In this document: piece by piece, positions 48,714 through 59,362 of the stretch
Position numbering within the stretch: the first letter of the stretch is position 1
Layout: each line of letters starts with the position of its first letter
Source: Candidatus Levybacteria bacterium RIFCSPHIGHO2_01_FULL_36_15b
GTDB taxonomy: Bacteria > Patescibacteriota > Microgenomatia > Levybacterales > UBA12049
DNA length: 64,000 nucleotides
Direction of reading: 5' to 3'
Assembly (NCBI GenBank): GCA_001782045.1
Contig: MFNK01000012.1
Span: 86,890-150,889, forward strand
Made by a program: the position numbers and the translations under genes
The notes under the pieces: generated by a model
Told to the model about the DNA's origin: nothing
Databases searched by the model: none
The model's input: the letters and a program-made list of their open reading frames with translations, nothing else

Positions 48714-49249
48714 TTCTTTTTATATTCCTCTTTAACTTCTTTCCCAAATTTTTCTAAAAGTTTTTTAACCTTAGGAGCAATCACAAAAGAACAATAAGGA
48801 TAACTCTGATTATTGTCATAATAATTTTGGTGATAATCTTCTGCTTTATAAAATTTTTCAAAGGGTTTAATTTCTGTAACAATTTTATCTTTATAACTTC
48901 TTTGGTGTATTAAAAACGATTTTTCTGCTATCTCTTTCTGTTTGTTAGAATGAAAAAAAATGGCAGATCTGTATTGGGTTCCGATATCATTTCCTTGCAT
49001 GTTTAAAGTAGTAGGATCGTGTGTTGCCCAAAAAACCTCAAGAAGTTTTCCATAAGGTATTATTTTAGCATCAAAAGATATTTGTACGGCTTCGGCATGA
49101 CCAGTATTTCCCTCAGATACAGCAGAGTAATTAGGGTTATCCATTTCTCCACCGCTATAGCCTGACTCAACTCTTTCTACCCCTTTTAGCCTCTTAAAAA
49201 TGGCCTCTGTGCACCAAAAACAACCCCCTGCAAACGTTGCGATTTCCAT
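48710..49249 (-). CDS. msrA: Peptide methionine sulfoxide reductase A
   Basis: GGCFWC, GHAEAV, HDPT, QYRS, AEDYHQNYY. Confidence 0.97.
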   Translation of the reverse strand: MEIATFAGGCFWCTEAIFKRLKGVERVESGYSGGEMDNPNYSAVSEGNTGHAEAVQISFDAKIIPYGKLLEVFWATHDPTTLNMQGNDIGTQYRSAIFFHSNKQKEIAEKSFLIHQRSYKDKIVTEIKPFEKFYKAEDYHQNYYDNNQSYPYCSFVIAPKVKKLLEKFGKEVKEEYKKN

Positions 49250-49348
49250 AAATTATATTATATAGCACAAACATGCCCTTTTTAATACAAAAACCACAAA
49301 TACTTACAGGATATTGCATTCTTAAAAAAAGATATGTTTAATTAGTCT

Positions 49349-49690
49349 ATGGTAGCAATCCTGCTCAATTGGGTAGTGAGCGCAATGGTCATATTTAGCG
49401 TGGCCTATATCCTACCGGGCGTACACGTTGCCAATTTTACATCAGCAATTGTTTTAGCTTTAGTGTTAGGTATAATAAATGCCATTCTCAAACCCATTCT
49501 ACTTATTCTTACTCTTCCTATAACTATTCTTACATTAGGCCTTTTTGCACTTGTTTTAAATGCATTGCTAATTTTACTTGCAGCAAGTGTTGTTCCCGGT
49601 TTTTCGGTGGACGGATTTATTTGGGCACTTGTTTTTGGATTAGTTCTTTCAATTGCAAACACAGTAGTTAACAATTTTTTACCAAAATAA
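49349..49690 (+). CDS. YvlD/phage-holin-family 4-TM protein
   Basis: LGIINAILKPIL..LTLPITILTLGLF.LVLNA. Confidence 0.88.
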   Translation: MVAILLNWVVSAMVIFSVAYILPGVHVANFTSAIVLALVLGIINAILKPILLILTLPITILTLGLFALVLNALLILLAASVVPGFSVDGFIWALVFGLVLSIANTVVNNFLPK

Positions 49691-49711
49691 TTCAGAAAGG
49701 AGGTGAAATAA

Positions 49712-49921
49712 ATGAATTACATGAAAACGTTAAATCAACTTAGCTGGTGGTTACTTGTAATCGGAGGCTTAAACTGGGGATTAGTCGGCTTAAATGCAAG
49801 CTGGAATGTTGTACATATGCTTTTAGGAACATGGTCAACAGTTGAAATGTTAGTCTATGTACTAGTTGGATTGTCTGCCTTATATCAAGCAGCTCTTCAA
49901 TTGGGCTTAATGAAGAAATAA
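49712..49921 (+). CDS. DUF378 membrane protein
   Basis: LLVIGGLNWGLVG...VYVLVGLSALY; SD AGGAGGTG. Confidence 0.9.
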   Translation: MNYMKTLNQLSWWLLVIGGLNWGLVGLNASWNVVHMLLGTWSTVEMLVYVLVGLSALYQAALQLGLMKK

Positions 49922-49922
49922 T

Positions 49923-50918
49923 TTAAAGCGGTGAAGTTTTATAACTTCCAATCCTGCCTAAATTATCAATCATCCCTTCTTTTTTAAGAAGTCCTTTTTG
50001 TGCCCCAACTTGCTGTATTACAAAAGACGCGTCTAATGAGCCCCATACAAGTGCTTCTTGAATATTTTTATTCTCTAAAATAGCCGCAATAAATCCTGCA
50101 TTAAAAGCATCGCCCGCACCAGTTTTTTCAACAACATCAACTTTTATGGCTTCTAGTTGAAAATATTTACTATACTCATCCATTGCAAAAGAACCCTTTT
50201 CAGAATCTGTAATTATGATATTTTTCGCACCTAAACTTTTTAATCCAAAAAGAATTTTTTTAATTTCTTTTTTCTCATCTGACAGACCCGAATCTTTTCC
50301 ATAAAGCAAACTTTCAGCCTCTTCTTTGTTAACGAATAAATAATCAGACATCTCAATCAAGTCCATTACCAATTTACCCCTATCTTCAATTTGTAAAGTA
50401 CCGGGATTAAAAGCTAATTTTATTTCCTTATTTTTTATAAGTTTTAAAGCCTGTTCATATGGACTTTTCCATTCTTCTCCCAAACTTGTCAAATAAATAA
50501 ACGGGGCAGTAGTATGTAAAAAATTAAATGAATGAGTTCTTTCTACGTGTTCGCTTAATATCGTTCTTTCACTTTTATAATTTATGCAAACAGAAAATGA
50601 TGTAGGTTTATTTTCATCCTGTTTTAAAAAATTAGTATTTAAATTCTCCTTCTCTAAAGTTTTTATTAAGAAGTTTGAAAATTCATCGGTACCAATTTCC
50701 GCACACAAGCCAACATTTTTTCCTAACTTTGTTAATCCAACAGCTGTGTTTGCTGCATTTCCTCCTATATCCTTTTTATAATCTTTAACATTAATTTTTT
50801 GGCCAAAATCTAAAAGAAGGTGTTCTTTAGAACTGTCTAGATTAAAATGGGGATCATCGTCGGGTATGTTTAAAAAGATATCAATTTTAGCATCACCAAT
50901 ACACAAGATATCGAGCAT
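49923..50918 (-). CDS. PfkB-family carbohydrate kinase
   Basis: GGNAANTA, FNPG, NKEEA, TGAGDAF. Confidence 0.92.
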   Translation of the reverse strand: MLDILCIGDAKIDIFLNIPDDDPHFNLDSSKEHLLLDFGQKINVKDYKKDIGGNAANTAVGLTKLGKNVGLCAEIGTDEFSNFLIKTLEKENLNTNFLKQDENKPTSFSVCINYKSERTILSEHVERTHSFNFLHTTAPFIYLTSLGEEWKSPYEQALKLIKNKEIKLAFNPGTLQIEDRGKLVMDLIEMSDYLFVNKEEAESLLYGKDSGLSDEKKEIKKILFGLKSLGAKNIIITDSEKGSFAMDEYSKYFQLEAIKVDVVEKTGAGDAFNAGFIAAILENKNIQEALVWGSLDASFVIQQVGAQKGLLKKEGMIDNLGRIGSYKTSPL

Positions 50919-50974
50919 AATTTAATGTTACAGTAAATATAAGTTGGCTTCAACAATTTGGTATAATATTATTA

Positions 50975-51331
50975 ATGGAAGCAGCAGAGCAGTCATCAAC
51001 AAATAGAGAGGTAGCTCAAGAAACTGCTTTCGTTTATATCCCCAAAGGTGTTCTTTATTACACATCTCTTAATAATCTTCGAATGGTACCAAATCGCGCT
51101 GAGCATAAAGCTCATTCAGAAGGAGCAAATTTTCATCACATAGAACTTGATCAAAATGGTAGATTCCTAACATTAAAAGAAACAGACCCCAATAATCCAG
51201 ACGAAAAGAATAGAGTGACAATTAAAGGAAGAGGATTATACGTTAAAGTTCAGTTAGGTGAAGAGTCATTTTGGGTGCCCTATAATAAACCTCCCAAAAA
51301 GAGTAGAAAACCTAATTACAGGTTCACTTAA
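50975..51331 (+). CDS. Hypothetical protein
   Basis: 118 aa; TGgTATAAT 7 nt before the ATG. Confidence 0.6.
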   Translation: MEAAEQSSTNREVAQETAFVYIPKGVLYYTSLNNLRMVPNRAEHKAHSEGANFHHIELDQNGRFLTLKETDPNNPDEKNRVTIKGRGLYVKVQLGEESFWVPYNKPPKKSRKPNYRFT

Positions 51332-51388
51332 TTTAATTCTCAGGCGTAGCTTTACAACTTAGAGTTCAAGGTTTATTATAAGTTCTGT

Positions 51389-51874
51389 ATGAATAAAATT
51401 CTTACACTCTTAACAAGAAATCTCAAAGAACAAACGGCTTTTGCGCACTGCGATATTCCTTGTGGAATTTATGATCCACATAATGCTCAAATGGCAGCAC
51501 ATACAATCATAAGAATGACTCAGTTTTTAAAAGATATAAAAAGAGAAGATGAAACTAAAGCAGAGCATGATATTGCAAGGGTAACTCATGTAAAAGAAAA
51601 ACACGCAAACATCTTGGAAGAGGAATTGGATACTTTACAAAATGATTATTTTAAGGAGGAGCATTTTAAAGAATATCCGCAACTAGAGCTGCTATTTAAA
51701 GACGCATTAAAGTTTTCCTCTAAGGCAAGACAAGGCATCGATATGGAGGCAGCGCAAAACACGTTAGAAAAAGTTTTAGAAATTTCAGAGATATTTTTTA
51801 AAACAAAAAATGTTACCCTAGTTAGGGTTAAATCAGTTTATCCTACAGAAGGCGAAATCGTAACCTACAAATAA
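51389..51874 (+). CDS. sodN: Nickel superoxide dismutase precursor
   Basis: 19-aa leader, then Ni-hook HCDIPCGIYDP; KEKHA, DYFK. Confidence 0.93.
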   Translation: MNKILTLLTRNLKEQTAFAHCDIPCGIYDPHNAQMAAHTIIRMTQFLKDIKREDETKAEHDIARVTHVKEKHANILEEELDTLQNDYFKEEHFKEYPQLELLFKDALKFSSKARQGIDMEAAQNTLEKVLEISEIFFKTKNVTLVRVKSVYPTEGEIVTYK

Positions 51875-52161
51875 TGCTCTTTCTTTCCAAATTTAAAATA
51901 ATAGGCCATTCAATGGAGCCTATGTTGAAGGAGGGCGATATTGTATTGGCAAGCTTTGTGCCTTATTTATTTCATAAGCCAAATATAGGTGATATTATAG
52001 TGTTCAAGATTAAAGATAAGTTTTTTATTAAAAGAATTAAAGAAATAAAAGATAATAAATATATTGTTAAAGGGGATAATAAGAAAGATAGTTTAGATAG
52101 TAAACAATTTGGGAGTATTGTGCAAAATCAAATTATTGCTGAAGTTATTTATAAAATATAA
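51874..52161 (+). CDS. sodX: Ni-SOD maturation peptidase (S26-like)
   Basis: GHSMEPML..GD, IKRI, KGDN..DSLDS..FG; coupled to sodN. Confidence 0.88.
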   Translation: MLFLSKFKIIGHSMEPMLKEGDIVLASFVPYLFHKPNIGDIIVFKIKDKFFIKRIKEIKDNKYIVKGDNKKDSLDSKQFGSIVQNQIIAEVIYKI

Positions 52162-52667
52162 TGGAGAATTTATTAATAATAGGAGTAATTTTATTTCTTC
52201 TTCTAATTCTTTCTTTTGTTTGGCCACCGGATAGTCCTTGGGCTCCATGGTGGAGAACATCAAAATCAACCGCAATAAGAATCTGCAAACTCGCAAATAT
52301 TAAAAAAGACGATTTAATCTATGATTTAGGGTCTGGAGATGGCACCGCATTAATTGTTGCAGCAAAAGATTTTGGCGCAAAAGGAGTTGGAATAGAAATA
52401 GAACCAACTAGAGCTTTAATTTCAAGATTTCTTATAAAGAAAAATAATCTTGAAGACAAAATTAAAATAAAAAGACAGAATTTTTTTACCGTTAATCTTT
52501 CCAACGCCGATGTAGTTTTTTTGTATTTAGTTCCTAAAACACTGGAAAAATTAATACCTAAGTTTAAAAAAGAATTAAAAAAGGGAACAAGAGTAATAAG
52601 TTATAAATATAAGATGAATCTTAAATTGATTAATAAAGACGAAGATATATTTCTTTATATTATTTGA
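52161..52667 (+). CDS. Membrane-anchored class I SAM methyltransferase
   Basis: APWWRT, YDLGSGDG, GIEI, VVFLYL. Confidence 0.88.
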   Translation: MENLLIIGVILFLLLILSFVWPPDSPWAPWWRTSKSTAIRICKLANIKKDDLIYDLGSGDGTALIVAAKDFGAKGVGIEIEPTRALISRFLIKKNNLEDKIKIKRQNFFTVNLSNADVVFLYLVPKTLEKLIPKFKKELKKGTRVISYKYKMNLKLINKDEDIFLYII

Positions 52668-53601
52668 ATTTTAGAATAAGCCATCGAATTTTGTCTGCAA
52701 TTTTAAAAACAGAATAAAGAAATGGATTTATAACTAAATCGTAACTTCCCACAAATTCAACGAGTCTTGCTCCATACCCCTGCTTAAATTTATGAAATCC
52801 AAACCATGGATCATTTGGATCCGGATTTTCTCCTAAAGAACCCCACATATCAAATTTTTTTAAACCAAGATTTTTTCCAAATTTAATTGTTTCCCACATT
52901 ATTAAGTTGGAAGCCATTGTTTCTTTGTATTTTGTGCTTGATGCACCATATGGGTAATACAGCGTGTCACCTAAAACAAAAAGTATCCAGGCTACAATTG
53001 TTTCCCCATTAAAATCTGCTTTTAATAAATGGGCTGATAATTCATCTTTATTAGATTTTTGAAACTTTAATGTTTCCCACATCAGTTTGTGATATTTTTC
53101 TGTGTGTGCGTAAAATTTTTGTCTTTTTGTAGTTTCTTTTGAAAGTTTTAAATATTCACTAAACGCCTTGTCAGAATTATCCTCTGTAACTTTTACTCCT
53201 TTCTTTTCTGCAAGCCTAATATTATATCTAGTTTTCTGACTCATGTTCTTTAATAATTCCTCCTCACTTTTAGTTAAATCAAGAATAAAAGTATATTTTG
53301 TAAAAAGCGGGTGAGCAGCTTTTTTTAATCCCAAATTAAGCAATTTTTGCTCTATGGTTTGACTGTTTTCAACATTTGGCTCAAGTTGTATATAAATAGA
53401 TTTCTCAAGTCTGCCAATTTTTTTAAGCTCATCGATCATTTTTTTTACAGGAAGTTGCCCTTTTGGAAAATATCCGATTGTGCGCCCTGTTAAAGGAACC
53501 GGGTGAATAGTAACAATAAAATCATTTTGTTCCACGACTTTTATACCCGTTTTTATTCTAAATTTCGCCCATTTTTTAGATTGTAGAGGATGAGTACTCA
53601 T
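52660..53601 (-). CDS. FemABX peptidoglycan peptidyltransferase
   Basis: HPLQS..W, LDLT..EEELL..M..KTRYNIR, YGAS, FKQGYG. Confidence 0.92.
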   Translation of the reverse strand: MSTHPLQSKKWAKFRIKTGIKVVEQNDFIVTIHPVPLTGRTIGYFPKGQLPVKKMIDELKKIGRLEKSIYIQLEPNVENSQTIEQKLLNLGLKKAAHPLFTKYTFILDLTKSEEELLKNMSQKTRYNIRLAEKKGVKVTEDNSDKAFSEYLKLSKETTKRQKFYAHTEKYHKLMWETLKFQKSNKDELSAHLLKADFNGETIVAWILFVLGDTLYYPYGASSTKYKETMASNLIMWETIKFGKNLGLKKFDMWGSLGENPDPNDPWFGFHKFKQGYGARLVEFVGSYDLVINPFLYSVFKIADKIRWLILKFK

Positions 53602-55451
53602 AAATATTCAGGAACATCATTGTCACGAGATAAATTTCTTTCAAAACTATTATCGGGTAATTCTAATATAAATCTCGAAACAATATTAGACGTTTTTTGT
53701 CCAAAGAAAAGTCTTTTTCTTGCGAATGAAAGAAAAAGTCTGTCTTTAGCTCTTGTCATTCCAACATAGCAAAGTCTTCTTTCCTCTTCAAGTTCTGCCT
53801 TTTCCATTAGACTGCGAGAGTGCGGGAAAAGCCCCTCCTCCATCCCTACCATAAATACGACAGGAAACTCCAGGCCTTTTGCTGCATGTAAAGTCATAAG
53901 GTTGACTGCGTTTTTTTTACCTACCTCATCCTTAACATGATCTGGCATATATTCCTGTTCTACTAAAGAAACATTTTCCAAAAAATTATCTAAATTAGGA
54001 AAAGTTAAGGCAACAGAGCGAAGTTCTTTTATGTTTTCAAGTCTTGCTCTGTCATCCTCATCCTTCTCGTCGTAAACAGAAAGATACTCGGTAGCACGTA
54101 ATACCAAATCCATTAATTTTAATGTTTCTCCCTCTTGCAAATGTGTGTCAGATAAATTGCTTTGAAATTCTAAAAACTTGTCAAATCTTTTTTTTCCAAG
54201 TTTTTCAATTCGCTTTATAGAAATTCTATCTTTAGGATTTGCAAGAATCTTTATATAAGCTAGAACATCTTTTATTTCTTTTCTTTCATAAAATCTTGTC
54301 CCTCCGATTAAAATATAAGGAATGCCTCTATGTATAAAAACCTCCTCAATGCTTCTTGATTGAGCATTGGTTCTATAAAGTACGGCAAAATCGGAATATT
54401 TTAAATGTGTGTTCTGGTACTTAATTTTTTCCATTTGCTCTATTATAAATTCTGCTTCCTTCTGTTCATTAATTGCTTCGTATACAAATAAGTCCTCTCC
54501 TTTTTCATTTTCGGTCCAAAGAGACAATACAGGATGAGTATTGTTTTTAGAAATTACACTTGATGCCGCATCTAAAATATTTTGAGTAGATCTATAATTT
54601 TGAGATAACGAAAAAGTTTTAACATTTTCAAAATCATCTTTAAACTTCGAAAGATTTTGAAAATCAGCACCCCTAAAACTATAGATGCTTTGAGAAAAAT
54701 CTCCGACTACGCAAACATTTTTCCACTTTTCCGCAAGCATCTTAGTTAAAAGATATTGAGAATGGTTGGTATCCTGATATTCATCGACCATAATATATCG
54801 GAATTTATCTTGGTATTTCTCAAGAACTCGTGGCTCTTTTCTAAAAAGCTCTACGGTTTTAAGAATTAAGTCGTCAAAATCAAGCGCACCATTTTCTTTC
54901 AACAGTTTTTGATAAATTACATAAACACGTGCGGCTACTTCTTGGTAATGACCCCTGGCATACGTAGGATAATCTTTGTCATCGATTAATTCATTTTTTG
55001 CTTGTGATATTAATGACAAAATGCTTGCTGGTTTATATTCTTTAGTAGATAATCCTAAAAGATTGAATGCTTCTTTTATTGCATCCTTTTGGTCTTCAGT
55101 ATCATAGATTATAAAATTCTTTGGAATTCCGATAATTTCTCCATCAATTCTAAGAATCTTGGCGCATAATGCGTGAAAAGTTGCAATTGTTGGAATTTCA
55201 CTGTAACTAACACCCCCACTTTTTAAAATCTCTTGAACTCTTTCTTTCATTTCATTAGCTGCTTTGTTTGTAAAAGTAACCATCAAAATATTAAATGGAG
55301 ATACTTCATTTGCAATTAAATTCACTACTTTAAAGGTCAAGACGCGTGTTTTTCCGGAGCCTGCTCCAGCCAAAATTATTATTGGACCATTAAGTTGTTC
55401 TACGGCAGCAACTTGCTCTTTATTGAGTTCCTTGAGAAAGTCTTTATTCAT
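53598..55451 (-). CDS. pcrA: UvrD/PcrA SF1 helicase
   Basis: AGAGSGKT, VDEYQD, QSIYSFRGA, NYRS, TLHAAKGLEF, EERRLCYVGMTRA. Start likely MNKDF (55451). Confidence 0.95.
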   Translation of the reverse strand: MNKDFLKELNKEQVAAVEQLNGPIIILAGAGSGKTRVLTFKVVNLIANEVSPFNILMVTFTNKAANEMKERVQEILKSGGVSYSEIPTIATFHALCAKILRIDGEIIGIPKNFIIYDTEDQKDAIKEAFNLLGLSTKEYKPASILSLISQAKNELIDDKDYPTYARGHYQEVAARVYVIYQKLLKENGALDFDDLILKTVELFRKEPRVLEKYQDKFRYIMVDEYQDTNHSQYLLTKMLAEKWKNVCVVGDFSQSIYSFRGADFQNLSKFKDDFENVKTFSLSQNYRSTQNILDAASSVISKNNTHPVLSLWTENEKGEDLFVYEAINEQKEAEFIIEQMEKIKYQNTHLKYSDFAVLYRTNAQSRSIEEVFIHRGIPYILIGGTRFYERKEIKDVLAYIKILANPKDRISIKRIEKLGKKRFDKFLEFQSNLSDTHLQEGETLKLMDLVLRATEYLSVYDEKDEDDRARLENIKELRSVALTFPNLDNFLENVSLVEQEYMPDHVKDEVGKKNAVNLMTLHAAKGLEFPVVFMVGMEEGLFPHSRSLMEKAELEEERRLCYVGMTRAKDRLFLSFARKRLFFGQKTSNIVSRFILELPDNSFERNLSRDNDVPEYL

Positions 55452-55496
55452 ACCGTATAATAATACCATCGCGTAGTAGGCGACTCAAGCCAAAGT

Positions 55497-56144
55497 ATGT
55501 TTTACATTGTAGCCAATTTTAAGTCATACAAAACACAAGTGGACGCAGAAAACTGGCTAGAGAAATTCAAGAGCCTTAAAATTGAAGAAGACAAGAAAGT
55601 AATTGTCTGTCCTCCATTTACACTACTCCCTTTGTTTAAAAGTTTTATAAAAGAAAACTCACTTCAACTTTTACTTGGATCACAGAATATTTCCCCTTTT
55701 GATGAAGGGCCATATACAGGAGAAGAAAATGCCAAGCAGATAAAAGAATTCGCGGATTATGTATTAATTGGACATAGTGAAAGAAGAGTAAATTTTAAGG
55801 AAGACGATAATGTACTTGATAAAAAATGTGAGGTTGCGTTAAAAAATGGGCTTGTGCCAATTTTCTTAGTTCAATCAGAAAAAGATAATATTCCAAAAGG
55901 AGTTGAAATAATAGCTTATGAACCCGTTTTTGCCATAGGCAGCGGAATACCCGATACCCCCGACAATGCTTCTGCGATCGCAAGTGTCATAAAGAAAAAA
56001 GGTGATTATAGGGTTCTTTATGGCGGAAGCGTAAATTCGGAGAATGTAAAAGAATTTAGTAGGGTAGATAATATAAGTGGAGTTTTAGTTGGGGGAGCAA
56101 GTCTTGAAGCAGATGAATTTATTAAAGTTATTAAAAATGCTTAA
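55497..56144 (+). CDS. tpiA: Triosephosphate isomerase (short)
   Basis: ANFK, GHSERR, AYEPV.AIG, YGGSV, VGGAS. Confidence 0.96.
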   Translation: MFYIVANFKSYKTQVDAENWLEKFKSLKIEEDKKVIVCPPFTLLPLFKSFIKENSLQLLLGSQNISPFDEGPYTGEENAKQIKEFADYVLIGHSERRVNFKEDDNVLDKKCEVALKNGLVPIFLVQSEKDNIPKGVEIIAYEPVFAIGSGIPDTPDNASAIASVIKKKGDYRVLYGGSVNSENVKEFSRVDNISGVLVGGASLEADEFIKVIKNA

Positions 56145-57258
56145 AAAAAATCCCCGCTTTATTGTTTTGGGAATACTAGTTATATTTGCAGCAATATTTG
56201 TTATAGCAAAAACTGCTAATTTTTATCCTTTCCTATTTAATCTTCTTTTTAATAAGGACATAAATCTTAAACAAGTTAATCCTCATAAATTAAACATACT
56301 TATTTTAGGAGTAGGAGGCGGAAACCACGAAGGTCCCAACCTAACAGACACAATAATGCTTGCCAGTATTGATGAGGAGAAAAATAAACTTACTTTAACA
56401 TCACTGCCTCGAGATCTATGGATTCCAGAGCTTTCGGGGAGTAATAAAAAAATCAATACGGCTTATTCTTACGGGGAATTAAAAAGAAAAGGTGGAGGTT
56501 TAAAGCTTACAGAGGCAGTTGTAAGAAAAGTTACCGGACAAAATATAGATTATGGAATAAAAATTGATTTCTCGGGATTTGTTGCTGCAGTAGATATTAT
56601 TGGGGGTTTAGATATAAATGTGGAAAATACTTTGGATGATTATGCTTATCCATTAAGCGGTAAGGAAGATGATACTTGCGGAAATAGCGATGAAAATATC
56701 AAAGAATTTATAGCAACAGGTCCGGCAGAACTTGAAATACAAGAAAAGTTTTCTTGTAGATATACACGTCTTCATTTCGATAAAGGGCCAACTCATATGG
56801 ATGGCGAAACTGCCTTAAAATTTGTGCGTTCAAGACACGCTTTAGGACTTGAGGGAAGTGATTTTGCACGAAGCAGAAGACAGCAACAAATAATCTCTGC
56901 TTTTAAGAATAAAGTTTTTTCGGCCGAAACCTTAGTCAATCCGGTTAAGCTAATTAATTTATATAACACGATTAAATCTAGTATTGATACTGATATTAAA
57001 TATGAAGAATTAGATGATTTTGTAAAACTTGCCCAAAAAATGAGCAAATCAAAAGTTGAAAGCGTTGTAATAGATTATGGAGATGAATCAAGTCAAAGAG
57101 ACGGATTACTTTTGGAAGCACCTATTTCAGAAGAGTATAATTACTTATCAGTTCTAGTTCCAAGGGTGGGAAATGGTAATTTTTCTGAAATTTCTAAATA
57201 TATTGCTTGCGAAATAGAGCAGGGAAATTGCAGGGTTACTCCAACACCTAAAAACTGA
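56137..57258 (+). CDS. LytR-CpsA-Psr (LCP) glycopolymer transferase
   Basis: TDTIM, SLPRDL, KINTAY, FVRSRH, SDFARSRRQQ. Start likely ATG 56137. Confidence 0.92.
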   Translation: MLKKNPRFIVLGILVIFAAIFVIAKTANFYPFLFNLLFNKDINLKQVNPHKLNILILGVGGGNHEGPNLTDTIMLASIDEEKNKLTLTSLPRDLWIPELSGSNKKINTAYSYGELKRKGGGLKLTEAVVRKVTGQNIDYGIKIDFSGFVAAVDIIGGLDINVENTLDDYAYPLSGKEDDTCGNSDENIKEFIATGPAELEIQEKFSCRYTRLHFDKGPTHMDGETALKFVRSRHALGLEGSDFARSRRQQQIISAFKNKVFSAETLVNPVKLINLYNTIKSSIDTDIKYEELDDFVKLAQKMSKSKVESVVIDYGDESSQRDGLLLEAPISEEYNYLSVLVPRVGNGNFSEISKYIACEIEQGNCRVTPTPKN

Positions 57259-59341
57259 TTTTATAAAGCTTAGTTTCGTTATAGCTAAAAACCAATCTCC
57301 CTAGATTTTTAAACTTGTCATCTTTTAAGTCCGGATATTTCTCTTTTTCAAGCGATGAAATAAAAACATAATCAATTTTATATTTCTTTAATAATTCTTT
57401 CGTGAGGGCTAAATTATTTGTAGTATATAAAGTTTGAACGTCATCTATTCTTGGTGAAACAACATCATATGTTCCTCTCCAAAGCCACTCGTGTACCGGC
57501 CATCCCGCAACAGTTGGAAGTCCTGTATTTGAGGAAATTCTTGCATAATTAGTATATGAATCTCCGTTTGCCTCCAATATAACCGGCTGGCCTTTAATAT
57601 TGGAATTTATCCATTTTATTGCTGCGTAATCGCCTGGATAGAGGCTTTTTAAATATGTAAGCCCGTCAAGTCCTTTATAAATTTTTAGGTCTGCATAAAA
57701 AGAATTAATAGCAAAAATACTGTAAGTGAGTATCATATAAACCAGAATAAATGTTGGGATAAAAAATAAGGTAATATTTCTTTTTGATTTAAGACTGGTT
57801 AATATTCTAAAAATTATATAACCACAGGATGCGGAAAGCATTATAAATGCTTCATATGAAAGCTTAAACATTGTATTTGCTCTATAGTGGGCAGGATAAA
57901 TGTCCTTAAGATAAATAAACTCCGGTACTATTAAAAGCATGGTTGAGACAGTTATTAATAAACCAACAAACTTATCTGGTGCTGTTATATTTTTTTGTCT
58001 TGTTTTTAAAAAAACAATAAATGAAATTACAAAAAAGTAGAAAAATCCATATAAAATAAAAAGTTGCCAAATCGGTGATCTCTGACAGTGATTTGCTTCA
58101 AAAAGAAACGGGCCAAGCTTAGTCAATGATGTTAAAAATTCGGGTGCACATATTACTCCGATTCCGGATGCAAAAGGTTTAAAATGTAGACTAAATGGTA
58201 AAGAAAATATAAAAAATCCTATAAAAATTATTGCAATATTAACAATAAAATCCTTAAGTTTCTTCTCTTTTCTTGCAAGTAATGTTAAAACTAAAATTGT
58301 AAGTATTAGATATATTAAGCCGTCCCATGCATTGGTCATATACATTATTGCAAGTAAAAAACTTATTAAGCCCGTAAATAAAAGTCTAACTTTATTGTGG
58401 CTTTTAAAACCTATAAACATCGAAAACAATATCGCAATTGTTAAAAGTACAAATGGTATATCTAGCACATGCCCATGTAAATCAGACACTACAAAAGAGT
58501 ACATTGGAAACTCATGAATTGTATATTCGATAAACCTAGTGGCATTTGGATACCAATAATCGTTAGGAAAATTAACGGGTTGAAACGGCAAAGTCCAAAA
58601 AGGAACAGGCTTATCAAGTGGCATATACGCCTTAAAAAATGTGTAAATTGTCGTTAAATTACCTCCGAATGTAACAAGAGCAGCAGATAATAATCCTGCA
58701 AAAACTGTCTTAGCATCAGATTTAAATTGCTCGAATAAATTCATAACAAGCGAGAAAACTATTAGAAAGGTTAAAGAGAATAAGCTTGCAAGCATAAGGT
58801 TATAGCCGATTGATGAGGGAATAAATGATGCCCTAATTATTACGGCAGTTACTAAATGCCCAAAATAGTAGTAATTAATTGGAAACGGAGGATACCACAT
58901 ATCAAGAGGAGGGAAATAAGTACTTCGTAGAATTGAATTAACGAATCCAAAATCCATAAATTTTTCAAGCCCACTTATATCCGGTAAGTTTCCTCTGACA
59001 AAAGTCCAAAACAGAAGCCCAATTGCAAACAATAATTCCTCAAAAATAATTAATTTGATGTTTTGTTTTAAGATTTTTACTAAATTTATTTTTTTTGCAA
59101 TATAAATATTAAGCATCAAAAACCCAAAGCATACCAAAAGAATTTCAGCAAAAGAGAAGGGCAATATTTTTAACCACGAAATAATAAATACAGCATAAGA
59201 AATAAAAGCGATCCCAATGATTTTTGAAAAAATATATCCTTTATCTTTAAAATTGCTAAAAATAAAAAAAGTTAGAGGTAAAAAAATAACTCCAGTAAGA
59301 AAAAGTACGACCCACCACTTTAGTATTTCAAACATTTCCAT
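57248..59341 (-). CDS. DUF2298/YYY-type membrane protein (GT-C-like)
   Basis: EKFMD, INYYYFGH, IHEFP, DLHGH, NAWD, RANTMFK, GWPVHEWLWR. Confidence 0.85.
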   Translation of the reverse strand: MEMFEILKWWVVLFLTGVIFLPLTFFIFSNFKDKGYIFSKIIGIAFISYAVFIISWLKILPFSFAEILLVCFGFLMLNIYIAKKINLVKILKQNIKLIIFEELLFAIGLLFWTFVRGNLPDISGLEKFMDFGFVNSILRSTYFPPLDMWYPPFPINYYYFGHLVTAVIIRASFIPSSIGYNLMLASLFSLTFLIVFSLVMNLFEQFKSDAKTVFAGLLSAALVTFGGNLTTIYTFFKAYMPLDKPVPFWTLPFQPVNFPNDYWYPNATRFIEYTIHEFPMYSFVVSDLHGHVLDIPFVLLTIAILFSMFIGFKSHNKVRLLFTGLISFLLAIMYMTNAWDGLIYLILTILVLTLLARKEKKLKDFIVNIAIIFIGFFIFSLPFSLHFKPFASGIGVICAPEFLTSLTKLGPFLFEANHCQRSPIWQLFILYGFFYFFVISFIVFLKTRQKNITAPDKFVGLLITVSTMLLIVPEFIYLKDIYPAHYRANTMFKLSYEAFIMLSASCGYIIFRILTSLKSKRNITLFFIPTFILVYMILTYSIFAINSFYADLKIYKGLDGLTYLKSLYPGDYAAIKWINSNIKGQPVILEANGDSYTNYARISSNTGLPTVAGWPVHEWLWRGTYDVVSPRIDDVQTLYTTNNLALTKELLKKYKIDYVFISSLEKEKYPDLKDDKFKNLGRLVFSYNETKLYKISF

Positions 59342-59362
59342 TATTAGATTATATTAAATTAA

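Noticed and set aside
49349-49690. Phage holin suggesting a prophage
   Set aside because: YvlD-type proteins are common chromosomal membrane proteins, and no phage genes are nearby.
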